DNA from: Candidatus Poseidoniaceae archaeon
Lineage (GTDB): Archaea; Thermoplasmatota; Poseidoniia; Poseidoniales; Poseidoniaceae
DNA: 64,000 bases
Assembly (NCBI GenBank): GCA_949373075.1
Contig: CASIBX010000017.1
Coordinates: forward strand, 628-64,627
Reading direction: 5' to 3'
Shown here: positions 19,242-28,694 of the stretch, in pieces
How positions within the stretch are numbered: the stretch's first letter is position 1
Layout of the letters: each line of letters starts with the position of its first letter
Program-made: the position numbers and the translations under genes
Notes under the pieces: model-generated
Told to the model about the DNA's origin: nothing
Database searches by the model: none
Seen by the model: the letters and a program-made list of their open reading frames with translations, nothing else

Positions 19242-19257
19242 CGCCCCCTACGGGGGC
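19242..19257 (-). promoter_or_regulatory. 6-bp GC hairpin (CGCCCC-loop-GGGGCG) immediately 5' of the thrS Shine-Dalgarno
   Basis: Plus strand CGCCCCTACGGGGGCG. On the thrS mRNA it reads CGCCCC-CGUA-GGGGCG followed directly by GAGGCACACUC-AUG. It contains the CCCGTAGGG core in the thrS sense. Confidence 0.4.
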
Positions 19258-19330
19258 GCTTCTACTCTTCACCTTGGCGCTTGAAATAAACCTGTAAACC
19301 CCGCCTGTTCAACAATCGTATTGAACCAGA

Positions 19331-19618
19331 TTACGATTCGGTGGTGCCATTTTCTTCGGGTTGTGGTGAGTTTGTACCTAACGCTTCAGTAACATTCGGG
19401 GGAGTTGTTTTTTTATTCGAACTCATCTTGAATTCGGTCCTCTTTTCAACAACATCTCTTTGCCCGCGAAACTCTGGACCTTCATGTTTTTTGACTTCAG
19501 GCTGTTCTTTTGAGACCGGCTTTTCCTTCTCTTCTTTGAATTGCTTATCCCAAGCACCTTCGAAACTAAATTCGTCCGCACGTCTCTCCATGCACATTCG
19601 TTGTAACCGCATATACAT
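19331..19618 (-). CDS. possible small highly charged protein (~95 aa)
   Basis: The internal Met (ATG at 19618) of the tracked 161-aa ORF avoids overlap with the NAD-kinase-like gene. The K/E-rich sequence has no recognisable homology or Shine-Dalgarno motif. Confidence 0.3.
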   Translation of the reverse strand: MYMRLQRMCMERRADEFSFEGAWDKQFKEEKEKPVSKEQPEVKKHEGPEFRGQRDVVEKRTEFKMSSNKKTTPPNVTEALGTNSPQPEENGTTES

Positions 19619-19655
19619 AATCGGTTTGATGTATCGTGAACCCTTGGAGTGAAAT

Positions 19656-20777
19656 ATGCGCCTAGCGGTTATAGTCAACCCCGATGCAGGTCTCGGAGGC
19701 CGATTGGGTTTCAAAGGAAGCGACGGAAGGGCTGCAGAGGCACGAGCGGCCGGTGCAGAAGATAGAGCTGGGCCAAGGATGAAACAATGTTTGGATAAAT
19801 TAAATGAAATTATCAATTCAATTAAATCCGCAAGAGAATCTATCGAAGTTTTAGCATGGGATGGAAGGATGGGGGGAGATTGGATTACTGGTGAATATAC
19901 TTCAACAGGTCAAACACCTATGGTCACCGATGCTAATTCTACCGCTGATTTCATCAAATCTCACCAACCTGATCTGTTCCTTTATGCCGGAGGTGACGGC
20001 ACTACTCGTGACATTGTCGAGGCATTAGGGAATAGAGATACACCAATAGTTGGAGTTCCAGGAGGCGTGAAAATGCATAGTGGCTGCTTTGCTACAACGC
20101 CAAATTCTGCTGCTGAAGTAGTATGGTCATACGTGACAGGTGACTTGATGTTGGCAAGGACTGAGGTTATGGACTTGGATGAGGATCTCTACCAAAAAGG
20201 GGAATGGAAAGTTAGAATGTATGGTGAAGTATTCACACCTGCAAGCCCCCGCTGGATGCAAGGCTCCAAAGAACAAGTCCAACGAGAATCAGAAAGTGAA
20301 ACTCTCGAAGCCATGGCATTACACATTGGCAATCTTGTAGAAGACAATACAGACCTGATGGTAGTCTGGGGAAGTGGGGGGACCCTTCGTCAAATGTGTC
20401 ATGAATTAGGGTACGAGTCTACTTTATTGGGGATAGATATTCAGCACAATGGGGTGATGCATAAGGACCTAAATGAACAGGATCTTCTTGGACATCTAAG
20501 CAAACACGAAGGAGAAAAACTTCTGCTTCTTTCTCCGATGGGAGGTCAAGGTTTCTTGATAGGAAGAGGCAATCTACAATTGTCTCCAGATGTCTTGCGT
20601 GAGATTGGAATTGAGAATCTTTTGGGAATTGCAACTCCCGCTAAGTTACTCGGTTTGAATGAAGTTAGAATCGATACAGGCGATGAAGAATTGGACCTTG
20701 AAATTCGTGCGAAAAAATATTTGAAAATGTTGCAAGGCTATCGTACAACTCGAATTATTCGTGTTGCAGAAGATTAG
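19656..20777 (+). CDS. ATP-NAD kinase-like protein (COG3199-type)
   Basis: The GGDGT motif (LFLYAGGDGTTRDIVEAL) and a GGAGTGA Shine-Dalgarno motif are present. Confidence 0.7.
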   Translation: MRLAVIVNPDAGLGGRLGFKGSDGRAAEARAAGAEDRAGPRMKQCLDKLNEIINSIKSARESIEVLAWDGRMGGDWITGEYTSTGQTPMVTDANSTADFIKSHQPDLFLYAGGDGTTRDIVEALGNRDTPIVGVPGGVKMHSGCFATTPNSAAEVVWSYVTGDLMLARTEVMDLDEDLYQKGEWKVRMYGEVFTPASPRWMQGSKEQVQRESESETLEAMALHIGNLVEDNTDLMVVWGSGGTLRQMCHELGYESTLLGIDIQHNGVMHKDLNEQDLLGHLSKHEGEKLLLLSPMGGQGFLIGRGNLQLSPDVLREIGIENLLGIATPAKLLGLNEVRIDTGDEELDLEIRAKKYLKMLQGYRTTRIIRVAED

Positions 20778-20805
20778 ATTCGGTGATTTCTTATCAATAC
20801 GAATA

Positions 20806-21375
20806 CTACAATCCTCCAAAAATCATCATTAAAAAGATATAAAGTAAAATTGCCATAACAACTAGTCCAATAATCGTAAGAACTAATGAAACTACGACTC
20901 CGACTCCTAGTACTTTCAGGACACCATCTACTGCAGTTTCATTCTTGTTAGATTGTAATTGTACAGTGATCTCTTCTCCTCCCATCAATAAAGTAGCAGT
21001 TTGATTGCCAGTCGCACTTTTGCCGCCGCCTGGCTCAGAAGTAATCTTGTAGGAATACACAAGTAAATAGGAGCCTAAGAAGAATGGCAAAATGAAAAAG
21101 ATCAGCATGTCTACGTCGTTACTGAATAATATAATAAAACAGATCATCATACAAATGGAGCCAATTGACACCGTCAGGCCCAAAGTAATATTTTCACCTA
21201 AAGTTCGTTTGGTTTGTTGAACCGGGTGTTTTGGTTTTGTATTTTTAGGGGTAGATTTTGAATTCGTAGTTCCAATTTTGAATTTCTTACTGCAATAAGG
21301 GCATTCATATATCCCAGGAGTTGGTGAGGTGAAATCAAGTTTCTGATTACAATGTGGACAAGTCCCTGCAACCAT
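20806..21375 (-). CDS. zinc-ribbon membrane protein (CPHC...CPYCS N-terminus plus TM helices)
   Basis: The N-terminus is MVAGTCPHCNQKLDF...YECPYCSKKFKI, followed by 3-4 hydrophobic helices. It has the same architecture as the 35050..35751 protein. Confidence 0.6.
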   Translation of the reverse strand: MVAGTCPHCNQKLDFTSPTPGIYECPYCSKKFKIGTTNSKSTPKNTKPKHPVQQTKRTLGENITLGLTVSIGSICMMICFIILFSNDVDMLIFFILPFFLGSYLLVYSYKITSEPGGGKSATGNQTATLLMGGEEITVQLQSNKNETAVDGVLKVLGVGVVVSLVLTIIGLVVMAILLYIFLMMIFGGL

Positions 21376-21448
21376 GATTGCATCAAATCGTATTAGGGCA
21401 TAAAGATTCTTCCGGCACTGAAGGAATCCGAAGAGAAAGAGATTAGCT

Positions 21449-23065
21449 TCAGATTGACTTACCGGTTGCTGCCATTAGAAGACCTAGGAATGGCGGACTT
21501 GGTTTCTCAGGTCTGCTCTTGAATTCAGGATGGTATTGAACTCCTACGTAGTACGGGTGTCCTTCTAATTCAAAGATTTCACATCTTTGTCCAGTCTCAT
21601 CTTTGCCGACATATACCAATCCTTCAGCTTCGATTTTTGCAATCAAATCAGGATTGACTTCGTAGCGATGGCGATGTCTTTCATCGACTTGTGAATGGCC
21701 ACCATAAAGGCGCTTGGTCATACAATCTTCAACTTGGAAGATTGTTGGTCTACTTCCTAAGCGCATAGTTCCTCCAAGGTGAGTCTTGGAAATCTCTGGC
21801 ATGAATACTACCGCAGGCTCAGGGGTATTTTCATCAAATTCAGTTGAATTAGCATCCTTCATTCCCAGAACATTCCTACAAAATTCAATTGTTGCAACCT
21901 GCAGACCTAAGCATATTCCGAGATATGGAGTATTACTTGTTCTTGCGTAATTTGCTGCCAATATTTTACCTTCAATTCCTCGATCTCCAAATCCACCAGG
22001 AACCAATATTCCATCTGCAGATTTTAGAGTATCCCAATCATTATGGGAATTATCTTCTAGATTGCTTGCTTCAATCCAGTCGATTACTAATGTTCTGTTA
22101 ACAGCATAAGATGCATGTTGCAGGCTCTTAATCACAGATAGATAAGAATCGGTTAAACCGGTATATTTTCCAACCATTGCGATATGAACATCCTCACCAA
22201 GATTGTCAACTCTATCGGCCATTGCTTCCCAGCGAGTCATCATGTCAGTTGCATTACAATCAATATCTAATGCTTCACAAATACCTTGGTCACGAAGTAG
22301 TAGTGGGACTCGATAGATATTGGAAACATCATGGGCACTCATTACTGCATTTGGAGAAACATGGCAGAAGGCAGCCAGTTTTTCTCTAGTCTCTTGTGCA
22401 AGTGGAGCCTCAGCTCTACAAACGAGAACATCCGGACTAATTCCTAATCCTCTTAATTCTTTGACAGTATGTTGAGTTGGTTTTGTTTTCTGCTCTCCAA
22501 CCGGCCCCATTACTGGAACCAAAGATACGTGTACAAAGCAAACATTTTCTCTTCCTACACGGAATTGGAATTGTCTTAATGCTTCGATAAATGGAGAACT
22601 CTCGATATCTCCAACGGTTCCTCCTAATTCGATAACACAGGCGTCAGGAGTCTCTCCTGTACCGTCAGCAGACACTGCAGCAATTCGTTCAATCCAGTCT
22701 TGGACTGCATCGGTGACATGTGGAATAACTTGGACGGTTTTACCTAAGTAATCTCCACGTCTTTCTGCCTCGATAACTTCAGAGTAAACCTTTCCAGTTG
22801 TGATATTATTGTCACGGTAAAGGTTGAGATCACAGAATCGTTCATAATTCCCGAGATCTAAATCTGCTTCTCCACCATCATCCAAGACGAAAACCTCTCC
22901 GTGTTCAAACGGAGACATGGTTCCAGCATCACTGTTGAGGTAAGGATCAATCTTGATTGCTGTGACTTTTAATCCAGCACTTTTCAGGAGAACGCCAATG
23001 CTAGAAGCAGTGACACCTTTTCCGAGTCCACTAAGAACTCCCCCTGAGACTACGACATATTTCAT
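21449..23065 (-). CDS. pyrG: CTP synthase
   Basis: Canonical N-terminus [17 protein letters not shown] and GATase motif YLGICLGLQ. The start is set at ATG 23065 rather than the tracked 23110. Confidence 0.95.
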   Translation of the reverse strand: MKYVVVSGGVLSGLGKGVTASSIGVLLKSAGLKVTAIKIDPYLNSDAGTMSPFEHGEVFVLDDGGEADLDLGNYERFCDLNLYRDNNITTGKVYSEVIEAERRGDYLGKTVQVIPHVTDAVQDWIERIAAVSADGTGETPDACVIELGGTVGDIESSPFIEALRQFQFRVGRENVCFVHVSLVPVMGPVGEQKTKPTQHTVKELRGLGISPDVLVCRAEAPLAQETREKLAAFCHVSPNAVMSAHDVSNIYRVPLLLRDQGICEALDIDCNATDMMTRWEAMADRVDNLGEDVHIAMVGKYTGLTDSYLSVIKSLQHASYAVNRTLVIDWIEASNLEDNSHNDWDTLKSADGILVPGGFGDRGIEGKILAANYARTSNTPYLGICLGLQVATIEFCRNVLGMKDANSTEFDENTPEPAVVFMPEISKTHLGGTMRLGSRPTIFQVEDCMTKRLYGGHSQVDERHRHRYEVNPDLIAKIEAEGLVYVGKDETGQRCEIFELEGHPYYVGVQYHPEFKSRPEKPSPPFLGLLMAATGKSI

Positions 23066-23296
23066 GTCCTTCAACGGGCTTTGAGGCCGTCGCGCCTCCC
23101 CTTTCAACATTGGGTCGCGTCAGATTTTGAATAAAAATCAGTTAGGAGTGTTGAACTTTTTTGCGAAAAGCCTACTGCGAGTGAGTTACATGTGTTTTTA
23201 GAAACAAAACCAACTTGTTCGGTAAGTTATAATTTCGACCAAGTAGATTACGCCGAGTGGAAAAACTCATTTTTGAAATCCGGACTTTACGGGTTT

Positions 23297-24241
23297 CTAA
23301 CTTAGCGATTCAATCATTATTGCACACATTGAATCCAAATCAAACTCTAATTCGAATCCCCAATCATTCTGTGATAATGCGCCATCGGTTTCATCTGGCC
23401 ATGAGTCCGCATATTCTTGGCGGTGGTCTGGCTCAAATGTACATTCAAAGGCAGGCATTTTTTCTTTAATTTTGAAGTATAATTCTTCAGCGGTAAAATT
23501 GAGACTAGGTAAATTGTAACCTCCTCGTATGGTCAAACTTTCACTTGGAGCATCCATTAATTGTAGAGTTGCCCTTATCGCATCATCGATGTACATCATA
23601 GGAAGTCTTGTGTCTCTTTCAACAAAGCAGGAATATTTCTCTGAAGAAACAGCTTTGTGGAAAATTTCAACAGCATAATCAGTAGTTCCACCACCTGGCA
23701 TAACCTTCCATGAAATTAACCCCGGATATCGTAATCCCCTAATGTCAACGCCGTGAACTGAGTGATAATATTCAGCCATCAATTCGCCAGATACCTTTGT
23801 TATCCCATAAATCGTAGAAGGGTTCAATGGAGAATCTTGGCGTGCATTACCACTCACATCTGAACCAAATACTGCAATCGATGAAGGAGCAAAAATTCTG
23901 AATTTATGTTTACGGGATAATTCTAAGACGTTCATCAGTCCATCCATATTTATTTTCCAACATAACTCTGGGTTCTTCTCACCTGATGCTGACAAAATAG
24001 CAGCCAAATGATACACCTCATTGATATTATACTCAGTGATTACATTCTCCAATTTTTCAAAATCAAGTACATTTAACTTCAAAAAACGGATCCCCGTTTT
24101 TCCAAAATCATCTAATTCACGGATATCTGTTGCAACAATATTTTCTGCACCAAATTTATCTGATAAAGCATCTAATAACTCCATACCGATCTGACCGAGG
24201 GCCCCTGTAACCAAGATTCGTCTATCTTTAAGGCCCCCCAT
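23297..24241 (-). CDS. NAD-dependent epimerase/dehydratase family protein, L-threonine 3-dehydrogenase-like (SDR/GalE type)
   Basis: The Rossmann motif ILVTGALGQIG and the YxxxK motif (YGITK) are present. The start is moved to MGGLKDRRILVTG. Confidence 0.7.
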   Translation of the reverse strand: MGGLKDRRILVTGALGQIGMELLDALSDKFGAENIVATDIRELDDFGKTGIRFLKLNVLDFEKLENVITEYNINEVYHLAAILSASGEKNPELCWKINMDGLMNVLELSRKHKFRIFAPSSIAVFGSDVSGNARQDSPLNPSTIYGITKVSGELMAEYYHSVHGVDIRGLRYPGLISWKVMPGGGTTDYAVEIFHKAVSSEKYSCFVERDTRLPMMYIDDAIRATLQLMDAPSESLTIRGGYNLPSLNFTAEELYFKIKEKMPAFECTFEPDHRQEYADSWPDETDGALSQNDWGFELEFDLDSMCAIMIESLS

Positions 24242-24380
24242 AAACCTACGACAGTATAGTCGATACTTGAATCTAAAGGTATCAAACAAAATATTTCAGG
24301 ACATCTAATTTCAGATAATTAGGTATTTGAAATTCAGATTACAGGGCTGGTTTACTAGATTACTAGCTGCTTAATGCGCC

Positions 24381-25970
24381 TCACTCAGCGCCAAAACCTT
24401 GCATTTGTTGCTGAACACCTTCAGGTACTTGCGCTCCCATTTGGGCCCATAGTACATCATCAATTCTCAAAATACTAATCGCTGCTTCTGTTGCTCCTGA
24501 AATCGCTTGTTTTGTGATGTTTAGAGGTTCTAATATCCCTCTTTTAACCGCGTCTTCAGGTTCGCCATTTTGTAAGTCAAGACCCATAACGTCTCCTTTT
24601 GAATTCTGTGCTGCAGTCAATTTCAGTAACGAATCAATTCCGTCAAATCCTGCGTTGGCTGCTAGTGCTCTTGGAATTGACTCTAGAGCATCTGCCCACG
24701 CTTCAATAGCCATCTGTTCTCTGCCAGGCACCGATTCAGCATGTCTTCGTAACCTTCTGCCCAGCGCAACTTGAGTTGCTCCAGCTCCAGGGAGTAGCAC
24801 TGGGTTTTCCAATAATTGGCAAGCAACTCCCAAACCGTCTCCAAAGCACCGTACAACTTCATCCAGAACCCCTTCAGTACTTCCTCTTGCCATCAGTGTA
24901 GCTCCGCCTTCTGCTGCATCTAGAATCCAATTATTGACTCCACCTCGTAACTCTTCACGAGTATTAATGAATGAACCTAAGTCGCTTTTTGTTGCTCTTT
25001 CTGCATCTGGCACTAAATTCGCACCACATGCACGGGAGAGTAAATCCAAATCTTTCTTTTCCACCCTCCGATAAGTTAGAATTCCTCTGTTGCAAAGGGC
25101 CTGTCTTGCTTCCTCATCTACTCCTTCCTTGCATACCAGTAAATCACAACCGATTTTTACTAAGTTTTCGATTTGAGAAATCAAACCCTTAGTCTCTGCC
25201 TTTCGAAAAGCATCGACCATACCGGGTGTGGTAATATTGAGTTTAGTATCTAACTGGGTTTTTCTCTTTTCGAGTCCGCCATCCAACAAGAGAATAGAGC
25301 CTGCTCCACCTCTTTCATTCATTTCAGAATGGATTCTACTTTTTGCCAAAGCAAGCCCAGTGATGAGAGTGGTATCCTTCATTGTACCACCAGTTTGTTT
25401 GATTATGTTCACCCTAGTGGGGTCTGCTCTTCCCTCTTTGAGAATTATTTTAGCAGCACTGAATGCCAATTGTGAAAGATGTGATTCCATAGCCTGATCT
25501 AATTTGCCTGTAAGCGATGTTTCGATTGCAGATAGAATCTGGTCTTCTGTTGCTTCAATGGCAAGGTCTTCTAAATTACTTAGCGCGAAATCTTCAGCCA
25601 AGGCAAAACCCCTGGCAATAGTTGCCGGATGTACTCCTTGGCGAACTAGTTGCCAAGCATTCCGTAGCATTTCAGCGCATATTACAACAGTAGTAGTAGT
25701 CCCATCACGTGCAACTCTATCTTGTGTTGATGATGTGCTAATCACCATTTTCGCAACAGGATGTTCTACACGAGCAGTCTCTAATACCGTGACTCCATCA
25801 TTGGTGACCAAAGTCCTTCCTTCATCATCTACCAACAATTTGTCAAGTCCTTTTGGGCCTAGTGTTGACCTAACCGCTCCTGCGAGTGCAATAGCTGCTT
25901 GCACATTCTTGCGCAATGCTTCGCGGCCACTTGTTCTCTCCGTAGATTCGAGAATAGTATCCTCCGCCAT
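24381..25970 (-). CDS. ths: thermosome subunit (group II chaperonin)
   Basis: Motifs GPKGLDKLLVD, VTNDGVTVL and the GDGTTT-like RDGTTTTVV are present. The length of 529 aa fits. Confidence 0.95.
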   Translation of the reverse strand: MAEDTILESTERTSGREALRKNVQAAIALAGAVRSTLGPKGLDKLLVDDEGRTLVTNDGVTVLETARVEHPVAKMVISTSSTQDRVARDGTTTTVVICAEMLRNAWQLVRQGVHPATIARGFALAEDFALSNLEDLAIEATEDQILSAIETSLTGKLDQAMESHLSQLAFSAAKIILKEGRADPTRVNIIKQTGGTMKDTTLITGLALAKSRIHSEMNERGGAGSILLLDGGLEKRKTQLDTKLNITTPGMVDAFRKAETKGLISQIENLVKIGCDLLVCKEGVDEEARQALCNRGILTYRRVEKKDLDLLSRACGANLVPDAERATKSDLGSFINTREELRGGVNNWILDAAEGGATLMARGSTEGVLDEVVRCFGDGLGVACQLLENPVLLPGAGATQVALGRRLRRHAESVPGREQMAIEAWADALESIPRALAANAGFDGIDSLLKLTAAQNSKGDVMGLDLQNGEPEDAVKRGILEPLNITKQAISGATEAAISILRIDDVLWAQMGAQVPEGVQQQMQGFGAE

Positions 25971-26087
25971 CGACCTTGCGAATAGCCAGCCTACCTTGAA
26001 ACCTGTTGAGGTTGCAAAAGCGTTTAGTTCATATATGGGCTACTGCTACGACTATACAACCGATGGTTAAGTAGTGGGGTGGAATTG

Positions 26088-26786
26088 ATGGCAGAAGACT
26101 GGGAAGAAAAGATGCTCGAGAAGATGGCCGAAATGTTTCAAAACATGGGGATGACTGTTGACATCGCTCAACTGCGCACCCTAATGAATCAGTTCCGTTC
26201 ACAATTTGAGGCAATGGGAATCGACCCAGAAAACTTTGCAAAGGGGGATGTTAATTTCAATTTTGACATGTCCAATCTAATGAAACTCTTCCAATCTGGA
26301 ATGCCAATGGAAGATATGCTTTCCAATCTCGGCCTCGATGTAAAAGTCGATGCCGCTCCCGCTGAAGTTACCATCGAAGACGAACTTCCTGGTGCTGAAA
26401 TTCAGCGTTTACCTGCCGACGACATCTATCTATCTGGTTGGAACATGTCGGTAACGGTCGATCTCTCACGAACTCCAACAGATAAAATTGAGGTCGCTTT
26501 ATCCAGCGGCGGAGAATTAATTCATATCTTATCAGACCCGTCAGAACCACCTTTGATTCAGATAGAACTGCCTCATCAATGTGATGATGTTGTTACTTGG
26601 TCTCTCAATAACGGTATTCTTGATGTCACTCTAAAACTGACACCACAAGGCTCCGCAGCCGAAACCGAAAGCGAAGATATCGACAATGATATCGAAGACG
26701 ATTATGCTCCAACCTCTACGGATGTAAGTTTAGATCTTGCAGACGATGACGATGACGAGGAAGATGGAGGAATCCCGATATTTTGA
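26088..26786 (+). CDS. atypical small heat-shock-like protein (possible alpha-crystallin/Hsp20 fold) with acidic tail ending IPIF
   Basis: The N-terminus is Met-rich. A beta-rich segment (MSVTVDLSR...IEVALSSGGELIHIL...VTWSLNNGILDVTLKL) resembles an alpha-crystallin domain. A long D/E tail ends GGIPIF, which is like the sHSP I-x-I motif. The ATG at 26088 has GGGGTGGA 4 nt upstream. Confidence 0.4.
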   Translation: MAEDWEEKMLEKMAEMFQNMGMTVDIAQLRTLMNQFRSQFEAMGIDPENFAKGDVNFNFDMSNLMKLFQSGMPMEDMLSNLGLDVKVDAAPAEVTIEDELPGAEIQRLPADDIYLSGWNMSVTVDLSRTPTDKIEVALSSGGELIHILSDPSEPPLIQIELPHQCDDVVTWSLNNGILDVTLKLTPQGSAAETESEDIDNDIEDDYAPTSTDVSLDLADDDDDEEDGGIPIF

Positions 26787-26813
26787 ATCGGGTAATTTCT
26801 AGGAAGTGAAAAC

Positions 26814-28694
26814 ATGGCAAATGTAATTGGAATAGATCTTGGAACTACAAATTCTTGTGTAGCAACAATAGAGAATGGAGAAGCAGTAGTTATCGCTAAT
26901 GCTGAAGGTGCTAGAACAACCCCCTCTGTAGTGGCATTCTCTAAAGATGGCGGAGAACGCTTAGTCGGAGTAACCGCAAAGCGACAGGCAGTGACCAACC
27001 ACGAGAGAACCATACTTTCTGTAAAAAGGCATATGGGAACTGATTGGTCTACTAAAGTAGATGATTCGACATATACTCCTCAGGAAGTATCTGCATTCAT
27101 TCTTCAAAAACTCAAATCTGATGCGGAAGCATATCTTGGTACTACAGTTAAGCAAGCGGTAATTACGTGCCCTGCATACTTCACCGATGCTCAAAGAAAA
27201 GCAACCAAAGATGCAGGACGTATCGCTGGTCTTGAAGTTTTGAGAATAATTAACGAACCAACAGCAGCAGCTCTTGCTTATGGTGTCGATAAAGAGGAAG
27301 ACCAGACTATTCTAGTATACGATTTGGGAGGAGGGACATTCGATGTATCAGTTCTTGAAATCTATGAAGTTGATGGTCAACCCCAGATTGAAGTTAAGGC
27401 CACTGCTGGTAATAACAAACTCGGAGGAGATGATTTTGACGATGTACTAATCGACTATTTGGTTTCAGAGTACAAGAAATCATCTGGAATAGATTTAGCC
27501 AAGGATGTTCAAGCAATGAGCCGTTTAAAGGAGGCCTCAGAGAAGGCTAAGATTGAATTGTCAGGTACTGGCCAATCCCAAGTCAATCTACCATTTATCA
27601 CAATGAAAGACGGACAACCAGAACATCTAGACATAACAGTTTCAAGGTCGAAATTCGAGGAATTGATAGCATCTCTTATCGAGAAAACAATGAAACCTAC
27701 CCGCCAAGCAATGAAAGACGCAGGCCTAGCAAAAGGCCAGGTCGACAAGGTCATTCTAGTCGGTGGTTCAACTCGTGTACCTGCTGTTCAAAGTGCAATT
27801 GAGAAAGAGACAGGTAAGTCGCCTTTCAAGGGAATTAACCCTGATGAGGCAGTAGCAATGGGTGCGGCACTACAAGCTGGAATCATCGCAGGCGATGAAG
27901 GAGTCTCTGATATTCTTCTTCTCGATGTGACCCCTCTAACTTTAGGAATTGAAACACTTGGTGGCGTTACTACTACAATGATTGAACGCAATACTACAAT
28001 CCCTAGTCGCCGCTCTGAAGTATTCTCTACCGCAAGCGATAATCAGCCAGCTGTAGAAATCCATGTTCTTCAAGGCGAAAGAGAGTTTGCTAAGGACAAT
28101 GTGAGTTTAGGGCAGTTCCATTTGATGGGAATACCACCTGCACCTCGCGGAACTCCTCAAATCGAGGTAACTTTTGATATCGATGCAAACGGTATAGTCG
28201 ATGTATCAGCCAAGGACAAAGGAACCGGTAAGGAACAGTCGATTAAGATTGAATCCAGCACGTCTCTTTCAGAAGATGAAATCCAATCCAAGATTGCTGA
28301 AGCAGAAGAATTCGCAGAAGCAGACAAGCGTTTGAAAGCACAGGTTGAGATGAGGAATATGGCAGACCAGATTGTCTATCAAACCCGTCGTACAATCGAG
28401 GAAGCTGGTGAAAAACTCAGTGACGAGGATAAGGACCCAGTTCTATCAAAGGTCGATGAGTTAGAAAGTCTACTTCAAAACGAAGAAGGAGTTGCTAAGG
28501 AACTCGACGAAATTGATGAGGCTGCAGTACAGGCTAAAGTTAAGGAAATCGAGGAAGGCATGCACGCAATTTCAGCCAAACTCTACGAAGCAGCTGCTGC
28601 TGAAATGGCAGAACAAGAAGAGTCAGGTGAAGAGTCATCTGATGATGGTGTAGTAGACGCTGACTTCGAAGTAGTCGATGAAGACGAAGACTGA
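26814..28694 (+). CDS. dnaK: molecular chaperone DnaK (Hsp70)
   Basis: Motifs [13 protein letters not shown] and [10 protein letters not shown] are present, at full length (626 aa). Confidence 0.97.
   Translation: MANVIGIDLGTTNSCVATIENGEAVVIANAEGARTTPSVVAFSKDGGERLVGVTAKRQAVTNHERTILSVKRHMGTDWSTKVDDSTYTPQEVSAFILQKLKSDAEAYLGTTVKQAVITCPAYFTDAQRKATKDAGRIAGLEVLRIINEPTAAALAYGVDKEEDQTILVYDLGGGTFDVSVLEIYEVDGQPQIEVKATAGNNKLGGDDFDDVLIDYLVSEYKKSSGIDLAKDVQAMSRLKEASEKAKIELSGTGQSQVNLPFITMKDGQPEHLDITVSRSKFEELIASLIEKTMKPTRQAMKDAGLAKGQVDKVILVGGSTRVPAVQSAIEKETGKSPFKGINPDEAVAMGAALQAGIIAGDEGVSDILLLDVTPLTLGIETLGGVTTTMIERNTTIPSRRSEVFSTASDNQPAVEIHVLQGEREFAKDNVSLGQFHLMGIPPAPRGTPQIEVTFDIDANGIVDVSAKDKGTGKEQSIKIESSTSLSEDEIQSKIAEAEEFAEADKRLKAQVEMRNMADQIVYQTRRTIEEAGEKLSDEDKDPVLSKVDELESLLQNEEGVAKELDEIDEAAVQAKVKEIEEGMHAISAKLYEAAAAEMAEQEESGEESSDDGVVDADFEVVDEDED

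Noticed and set aside
19242-19257. The thrS leader hairpin as a tRNA-Thr anticodon-arm mimic. The loop CGUA contains the Thr anticodon CGU.
   Set aside because: The same CCCGTAGGG core occurs upstream of unrelated genes. The loop is 4 nt rather than 7 nt. No second operator domain is visible. The resemblance is most likely coincidental.
19231-19272. N-terminal extensions in the ORF track for thrS (MKSRSAPVGGGGTL...) and for pyrG (23066..23110, [15 protein letters not shown]...).
   Set aside because: The extensions translate GC-rich hairpins. The canonical family N-termini start at the internal ATGs, and those ATGs have Shine-Dalgarno-like motifs at proper spacing.
19619-19816. The long version (161 aa) of the minus-strand ORF overlaps the NAD-kinase-like gene.
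   Set aside because: The 5' part overlaps a homology-supported gene by 160 nt and is A/P/S-rich. Only the downstream portion from Met67 is kept, at low confidence.
24290-24380. A possible C/D-box sRNA in the spacer between the tdh-like gene and the thermosome. Several CUGA motifs lie on the minus strand.
   Set aside because: No RUGAUGA C box and no terminal stem were found. The CUGA tetramers are expected by chance in AT-rich spacer DNA.
25504-26070. A 188-aa plus-strand ORF lies antisense to the thermosome. Similar antisense ORFs occur at 10081..10677, 35082..35678, 60055..60585 and 62045..62563.
   Set aside because: Each lies entirely opposite a gene with unambiguous family motifs. They are typical antisense reading-frame artefacts.
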